NCBI GenBank assembly: GCA_013239625.1
Contig: MU054220.1
Coordinates: 1,727,509-1,791,508, forward strand
Reading direction: 5' to 3'
Source of the DNA: Lama guanicoe
Taxonomy: Eukaryota
Length of the DNA stretch: 64,000 bases
Positions within the stretch are counted from its first letter, which is position 1; each line of letters begins with the position of its first letter. Under the pieces are notes generated by a model. It saw only the letters and a list, made by a program, of their open reading frames with translations. It did no database searches and had not been told where the DNA came from. Made by a program: the position numbers and the translations under genes. Positions 58,480-64,000 of the stretch are shown one piece after another.

Positions 58480-59411
58480 TCACATTCACACATCTGTACA
58501 TTTTCTATAAATAACATGGAGCTGAAATATTTACAGTCATCTCTCGCCCACTCCCAGACCCGCTCCCTTCTGGCACCCAGTGCTGAGATGCTGCCTCCAG
58601 ACAGATATGGATACTGAACTTGGCCTCCGTGCCCTGCCATGTTCCTGGCTGTGGCAGCTAGTGGTCCCTGGGACGCCCCTAGCCCCAGCCACTGTTCTCT
58701 CCTGCCAAAGGCCAGATAGGGAAACCGCTGCTCAGTAAACAGCAGGCTGTCAGTGTGGCCCCACTGCAGTGATGGAGGCCATGGTAGGTAGCAGCCAGGC
58801 TTGTGCCCACAGGCAGCAGCTGCCGGCCTGGGAAATGCCTAAGGAAGCAGGGAGGTTGCCACTTGCTCTGCTGCCCCTTGACTCTCCCTTCTTTTCTCTG
58901 CCCACACCTCGTCTGAGGGGAAAGGCCTCAAGCTTCCCTCATTCCCCAGAGTGGGACCACTCCCAGCACCCAGTGGTGCTGGATCACAGAGGATGGAGAG
59001 CCCGAGTCCTGCCCTAGGGGCTGTAATGTCAAGGACAAGGAACCACAACACAGATGTCTCAAGGACACGCAATAGTAGGCTCGCACTGGCCGATACTCTG
59101 AGTTCTTAGAAGCCACTGGCCCGCCAGACAGACACACAGACACGCACACATGTACTTTTGAGCCCTGAGGGGACAGGAGGCTGGTCTTCTGAGAGTGGAA
59201 AAGGAGAAGGTGGAAGAGACTGGCTCTGCCCTGTGAGACACAAGGACACTGAGACGCAGAACTGGGGCCCATCTAAGCCGTGGCAAGGGGCTTGTGGAGA
59301 ACACATACACGTCACCCACTTCTCAGTCACAGCAGCATCGTGCACTTGGGAACAGTGAGAGGCAAGGAGCGTCCCCTGCATTGGGGCAGCTGCAGCCTCA
59401 ACCCCTCTCCA

Positions 59412-59516
59412 TCAGCTAGAGACGGGCCGGGGTGGGGTTCTGAGATCTTCCTCACTGCTATGCACTGCAGCCACATACGAGAAGAGACACAACACAGAGT
59501 AGCAGATCTCATGGGC
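59412..59516 (-). CDS. MADD: MADD last exon coding part
   Basis: ctag|[34 protein letters not shown]. Confidence 0.95.
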   Translation of the reverse strand, partial: AHEICYSVLCLFSYVAAVHSSEEDLRTPPRPVSS

Positions 59517-62500
59517 CTAGAGGAGAGAAAACCAGCCAGATTGACACGGAGACTCCTACATCTTCTTGTGTGCAGATCTGCCAAGTGGGAGCTCCTGCCC
59601 TGACTCTGGGCTAAAGAGCCCCAAGCGAGAGCTGGCCCGTGGGAGGGGATGCATATGTGCATCTCTCCCAGGCTGAAGACTTCTTCAGCTCCAGGCCAGT
59701 CTTTGGCATCTGGACTAGATTTGCCCCTCACCCTGTGCTCTCAGAGGCCCACCCCACTCCTGCTGGAATGTCCCCAGGGAGCCCTTCACAGACTGGCCTG
59801 TTAGGGTTGGGTGGCACACTCACCATTGGCGTCTTGTACTTGTGGCTCACCACTTCTTTAATTTCAGGAACTAAAACCGGACGGGCAAGAGACAAAACAG
59901 AAAGTTCAAAACTAAGAGCAACAGTGCCATGCTACCCTAGGCGGCAGCGCCTGGCGCCAGGGCCCCTTCCCCTCTGCGGCCTTTCCCCGTGGCTGCAGCA
60001 GCCTAGGCTGCGACAGCTCTGTCCAGCCCTGCCAGATGAGAGGACACTGGCCCAGACTCCTCAGCTGGACCTCTGAGGTCTGCAGTGGCTCCTGGCTTGA
60101 GGGCTGTGACTCTACCCACTCCTTCGAGAGCCCCAGCACAGGAGTGAGCTAGTCTCTCACCAGCTTGGTCACTGTTACTGTCTGGGGCCCCTGAGGATCA
60201 CAGAGGGTGTTCCCAGATTTTAGATGGGAGGAGAGAGTTGTCTCTAGCCTGTGCCCCCCCGTGCTGAGACGCCCGAGAACGCATCGCTGTCACCAGCCCC
60301 ACACTCTGGTCAAGTTAAACATGGTCCCTGTACTCCCAGCCCCTACACAGAGGGTCTTGAGGCTGGATGAAGAAGGGGCATGATACTAAACCCACCAGAC
60401 TTGAAAGTTTCCTTCCCTGATGGCAGGAGAGGCCCAGGCCTGCATGTGTGAGGGAGAGCGTCAGAGGGCTCTGGAGCAGACACACCGAGCGGAAGAGACA
60501 GGCGAGGCCGGCACCCGGGGAGGGAGGTGACGGAGCATCAGGCAAGATACACACACGTCCACAGCCCGGAATGCAGACTAAGAGTCATCCCTGCCCCAGC
60601 CATGCAGGGATTCTGCTTGGCCAGAGGGAGGAATGAGGTCCCTCCCGGCCTCAGCCACCATCATGGCCCCCGGAGCCTGGGAGCAGGGAGCCAGAAATGG
60701 TGGGATGAGAGCTGGCCACACCTTCTCACCCTGGGAGGTAGAGTTCGGGGGCCCCCAGGGTTAACAGGGAATAAACTCATCAAAGGTAGAGCAAGAAGCC
60801 CAGGTCCTCCTCCTGAGATGGAAGATTCCCCCAAACGCCTCTCTGGCAGAAGAGAGAAAGGAGCACACGGGAGAAAACTCAGAACCAACGAGCCAGCGCG
60901 AGGGTGGAGGAGGGTGAGAAGGGAGAGGGTGGGGAGAGAAGGGAAGAGACGAACTGACAATGTGAGTGGCTGGCTTGGGTGAGGGGAGCCCGCCCACCCA
61001 CTGCAGGGCCTGGAGAGAGGCAGCGCGGCGAGGTCACTTTACCTGCTGGAGAACGAAGGTTTTCATAGCAGCGATGAGGGGCACGAGAGAATGAAGCACA
61101 AACACAGCAGGAACTCAAAGCCCCAGGGTGAGAGCCCACAACACCACTCTCAGTGCTTGGCTGGAGGGAGGCTGGCTCCCAGCTTCCAGCGACCACTGCT
61201 CTCTGCCCCTGAGGCCACTAGGCCTTCTGCCCTCTAGAGTGAGCCTGCCTGCACCACCACATGCCCTCTTCCAGCACAGGGGCCAGGCGGACCCCGGACT
61301 GACACCAGGGCGGCTGGATGGAGCACTGGGCCGCAGAGGGGATTGCAGCAGGCGACATGAGCTCAGCAGAGCTGGAGGGTGGCCCGCCTGCTCTGCCCAA
61401 GAACTTTCTGACCACTGGCTGGCTGAGCAAGGGACAGTGGCACTGGTTAGCAGAGCCTCTTAGTAGTGACGCTAAGCTCTACTCCCGGCGTCTAGGCCAC
61501 TTCTTTTCTGCGGCTGCTCCCTGGCACCACCATCTACCTCCTTTCTCCTCCCTTCTCTCATCTCAGGGAGCCCTCTGCCCTGTCACTCCTGCTCCTCCTG
61601 ACCTCTCTGCAGAGGCTCTTCTTCTCTGTCTCTAGTCCCTCCTCTGGAGCTCCGAGGTTTGAGTTACTGCCATGTGAGTCCAGACCTAAGAGCAAAATAG
61701 TGTAATTACCAAATTCCTCCAGGACAAAGACGCCTCGAACTGTATTGCACTTTTTAATGTGATTCAGCTCTATGAAAACCTGCAAGAGAGGGAGGGAGGG
61801 TGGGGTAAGGCCCAGAGGCTCCCCCAGCGCCCCACAAAGCCCACTCTCCCAGCTACAGCCCCACCCCCACACAGAAAACCTATTTCCCAAAGGGAGGACG
61901 GAAGAATCCACACACACACAACTCAAAAGCGCTAAGAAGCGAAGACAGCAGAAAGGGCATGTACCTTCCGCTCCTGGCCGGAGGAGAAAGCATGGGAGAG
62001 AAAGGAAGGCGTTAGTTTTAACGGTCAAAACCAACTCGAAGGCCCCTCTGCTGGCCTGGGCTGCCTGCCCACACCCTCGGCCCAGGGCAGCGCTTGTAGG
62101 ACACTGTGCCCCAGAGGCCCCCCTCAGCCCATCAGCTCTCTACCCTTCCATGCATCCTCCTCCGGCGCAGAGGGCTGGCACGGGCACAAAGCTCCCCTCA
62201 GACTGTCCTTGGGGAGGGAGGTGTTGGCATCTTCCTTGAAACAGGATCCAGGCTCTCCCAAGAAGTACGTGGTGACAGTAATGAAAGCTACCGCTTACAG
62301 CACCTACTAGGGGTTCTGCGATACTCCCTGTGACCCCACGTCTACTGGCACAGGCCATAGCACCACCCTCGTTTGACAGACGAGGGCACTGAGGCTCAGA
62401 AAGTATATTTGTCCGTGAATAATGAAGCTGGGCTGTGAATCCACGTATGTCCTGACACCAAACACCACACTTTTCCCACCTTCACCCCACACTGCAGAAC

Positions 62501-63984
62501 CCCACCGGGGGTCTCGTGCTTCCTCAACACAAGCTGACTGCTATGTGCTAAATGGTGGACCCCAAGGCTGTTCTCTCATCATCTGTCAGGGCTGGACGTC
62601 CTCTCTCCATAGGATCTCCCTTCTGGGGCAAAGCCTTAAACTACAGACCAGCCTGTACGTGCTTTGTAACGGTTAGATGTTAGGTTGGTCCAAAGGGGCT
62701 ATACCAAGGTGGGGACCCGGAAGAGGATATCGGGTGTCATTTAACGAGACCTTTTCTTCAGAAGGCGAGGCACCAGGGGAGGCCATGGCCGAGTGGTCAG
62801 AAGCCTGCTCCCCAACGGGTGCTGGTACCTTCACAGTCCAGAAAAGTACTTAAGTAAACCCCTCTTTGGGCTGACCCTAAAGTCTTAAGTATGCTATTTA
62901 ATATACTCATATTACTAACAGTAAATATACTCCTAGAAGTACACTCCCATCACTCCAAGCTGCCCAGCTGGATTCCTGAAAGGAGAACTAAGATGGCAAG
63001 TGGAGGGAGGAAGGCCCAGGGTCCAGATGTTCACCGCCCCAGAGGATCTGCTGCCTGGCTTGGGGCTGTGGTGCTTTGCCCATCCGGGTCTGGCTCAGAG
63101 CCTCAAGGAGAGGAACCAGTACATCAGGGAAGGGGGAGGGAAGGCACTTGTGTGAAGAGTCGGGACTGGGAACGGACCTGGGATGATGCGCTGGCCTCAG
63201 AAAGGAATTAGCTTAAGGAATGTCCACTGAGAGAAAAAGTAGCGCTGTGTTAGAAGACCAAGAGAGAAAAAAGTCAGCTCCTATGGTGGAGTCACACTGA
63301 GGGAAAGATTATCCTGAAGAGCTCCCCAGTCAAGAGAAGGGGAGTGGGGCCTGTGGAGCAGGGAACGGAGGAGTCGGGACACTCAGAGGAAGGAAAAGAA
63401 TGGGAAGAAGAATCAGCAGGAAAAAAAGGCAAATAAACACACACACTCCGGGTAGGACAGACACAAGCTACTCACACACACACAAGCTGCACGCGCACCA
63501 GCACTGCGCAGGGGCATCAGCCGGTCTAGACTCTCCAAGCGAAACCACCAAGCAGAAGCACACCCTGGGGTAAGGGGAGGCGGACACTGTGCGAAGAAGG
63601 GCCGGGTGAGACGCTCCCACTCACACTGTGCTGCGCCTAACGGACAGGGGCCGCCCGGCCACCAAGGCTCCTTCTCTCTCCCTCCTCCCACACAGGCTCC
63701 CTGCGGTGTCACTGTGCCCTCCCCTTCGGCCGCTCTCTGGGCCAGCTGCTTAGACTCCTTCACTAGCCCAGAGGCCTCTCTCATGCTTACTGGGGAAGCA
63801 CTGGGGACCTGGACACTGATCCTCACTGCAGAGGGCACAACTGGGCGAGAGAGCCTCATGCTGCCGCTCACACCTACCTGGTTGTGCATGAACTTGAGAT
63901 TGATCCCTTCCAGGGTGACCTGCAGCAAGCCACCCTCACCAGTCTTCATGTCCTGCACAGGGAACTCGCCCCCTAGTTCCGGTC
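59412..63984 (-). CDS. MADD: MAP kinase-activating death domain protein (Rab3 GEF/DENN), 3' part; gene continues beyond the window end
   Basis: complement(join(63878-63984,61710-61779,59824-59870,59412-59516)): [90 protein letters not shown]...RTPPRPVSS*. Confidence 0.97.
59824..59870 (-). CDS. MADD: MADD penultimate exon (47 nt, readable in two frames)
   Basis: ttttag|[16 protein letters not shown]|gtgagt; phase-0 frame reads FLKLKKW*. Confidence 0.95.
61710..61779 (-). CDS. MADD: MADD 70-nt cassette exon
   Basis: ttgcag|[23 protein letters not shown]+G|gtaatt. Confidence 0.95.
61965..61973 (-). CDS. MADD: MADD 9-nt micro-exon candidate (ERK)
   Basis: - strand actaac branch point, pyrimidine tract, ggccag|gagcggaag|gtacat; phase 0-0. 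Confidence 0.75.
63878..63984 (-). CDS. MADD: MADD internal exon (107 nt)
   Basis: ccacag|[36 protein letters not shown]|gtaggt. Confidence 0.95.
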
Positions 63985-64000
63985 CTGTGGTGAGGGAGGA

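Noticed and set aside
61558..61709. Open frame continuing past the MADD 70-nt exon donor ([14 protein letters not shown]...) and an internal AG...GT 18-mer
   Set aside because: A good donor exists at 61709, and the internal acceptor would leave only a 24-nt intron; no support without RNA data.
63961..63980. CTCF-like motif and short inverted repeat GGAACT...AGTTCC
   Set aside because: It lies inside MADD coding sequence (ELGGEF) and is an imperfect match.

Overview
Mammalian genomic DNA containing the conserved SPI1 (PU.1) - MYBPC3 - MADD block. The tRNA-derived SINEs suggest a camelid (inference). SPI1 (+) has 5 coding exons, CDS 19835-34696 (271 aa). Its known-type regulatory landscape is recognisable: the upstream regulatory element (URE) at ~7.2-8.1 kb, the promoter, the intron-3 antisense-promoter region and a miR-155 site. 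MYBPC3 (+) has CDS 37319-56877; 33 of the 34 expected coding exons could be read, with a muscle-type promoter. The 3' end of MADD lies on the - strand and converges on MYBPC3. Introns carry L1, SINE, MIR, hAT and LTR remnants. No prokaryote-type system is present. The most notable observations are: (1) the 3-nt MYBPC3 micro-exon 10 seems to have lost its GT donor, next to a poly(A) insertion and a solo LTR; (2) a strong donor and acceptor join the two URE homology blocks into a candidate spliced enhancer transcript with a 70-codon ORF; (3) MADD has 9-nt and 3-nt micro-exon candidates around a frame-switching cassette exon; (4) SPI1 has a short uORF. Comparisons with human are from memory, not from a database search.
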